In this document: piece after piece, positions 56,019 through 56,113 of the stretch
Layout: each line of letters opens with the position of its first letter
How positions within the stretch are numbered: the first letter of the stretch is position 1
Assembly: GCA_025450235.1 (NCBI GenBank)
Contig: JANWHX010000294.1
Coordinates: forward strand, 1 to 56,113
Reading direction: 5' to 3'
From: Chitinophagaceae bacterium
GTDB lineage: Bacteria > Bacteroidota > Bacteroidia > Chitinophagales > Chitinophagaceae
Length of the DNA: 56,113 bases
Notes under the pieces: generated by a model
The model's database searches: none
What the model saw: only the letters and a program-made list of their open reading frames with translations
Told to the model about the DNA's origin: nothing
Translations under genes and position numbers: made by a program

Positions 56019-56113
56019 AGTATGTGATTGAGAATTTAAGTTAAGCGAGAGTTACATACGTTTTTGAAAAAAGTCACAAACGTCCAAAATCGGGGAACGA
56101 AAGTATCAATTGA

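Noticed and set aside
45020-56113. T6SS, T9SS or two-partner-secretion linkage of the Rhs gene
   Set aside because: No PAAR, VgrG, Hcp or POTRA/TpsB-like sequence and no recognisable type IX C-terminal domain is seen in these ORFs. The absence is by eye only and the window ends 95 bp upstream of the operon.
1-56113. Integrase, transposase, phage or plasmid genes that would define a mobile element
   Set aside because: None of the ORFs shows tyrosine/serine recombinase or DDE motifs that I could recognise. The island hypotheses therefore rest only on the tRNA-like repeats and the truncated genes.

Overview
This is a Bacteroidota-type chromosomal segment, probably Chitinophagia/Sphingobacteriia-like. 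The call rests on a SusC/SusD pair, TAnnTTTR -7 promoter boxes, abundant Sec and lipoprotein signal peptides, and DUF6443-style Rhs; no database search was possible. Almost everything after 5.8 kb is on the minus strand. Left to right: (1) 1-5.2 kb, plus-strand housekeeping and membrane genes including an L,D-transpeptidase. (2) 5.2-5.8 kb, a decayed non-coding patch with a tRNA-like relic and an HTH gene fragment. (3) 5.8-12.5 kb, a tightly coupled 8-gene catabolic operon of unassigned pathway: creatininase-family amidohydrolase, RidA, 3-hydroxyacyl-CoA-DH family, enolase superfamily, EamA transporter, DapA-family aldolase, RraA-like aldolase, SDR. (4) 12.8-14.6 kb, two tandem AraC paralogues abutting a truncated uxaB-like fragment. 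(5) 15.2-31.3 kb, four glycan-processing transcription units: esterase; GH27, a DUF5009 acetyltransferase-like membrane protein and an unknown 599-aa enzyme; two secreted PIG-L deacetylases, an NHL propeller and a GH20-like protein; a GH20-like protein and a GH28-like protein. (6) 31.4-44.6 kb, a SusC/SusD operon whose cargo genes are four metallophosphoesterases (three tandem purple-acid-phosphatase paralogues) and a di-haem cytochrome c peroxidase. (7) 44.9 kb, a tRNA-like 3' fragment. (8) 45.0-56.0 kb, a six-gene operon encoding a coiled-coil beta-barrel protein, a small periplasmic protein, an 1182-aa SpvB-motif protein, a Sec-signal Rhs toxin with a snapalysin-like HExxHxxGxxD tip, and two immunity-like paralogues. 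This last operon is the best candidate for an undescribed toxin-delivery system. The most notable non-genic signals are these. Six minus-strand operons share a rigid promoter architecture (A-tract-GTACA, exactly 48 nt, TAnnTTTR). A 109-bp tandem repeat carries terminator-like hairpins. Two directly oriented copies of a ~117-nt tRNA-like element bracket the whole 39.5-kb nutrient-utilisation block. No integrase, transposase, CRISPR array, rRNA or intact tRNA was recognised.
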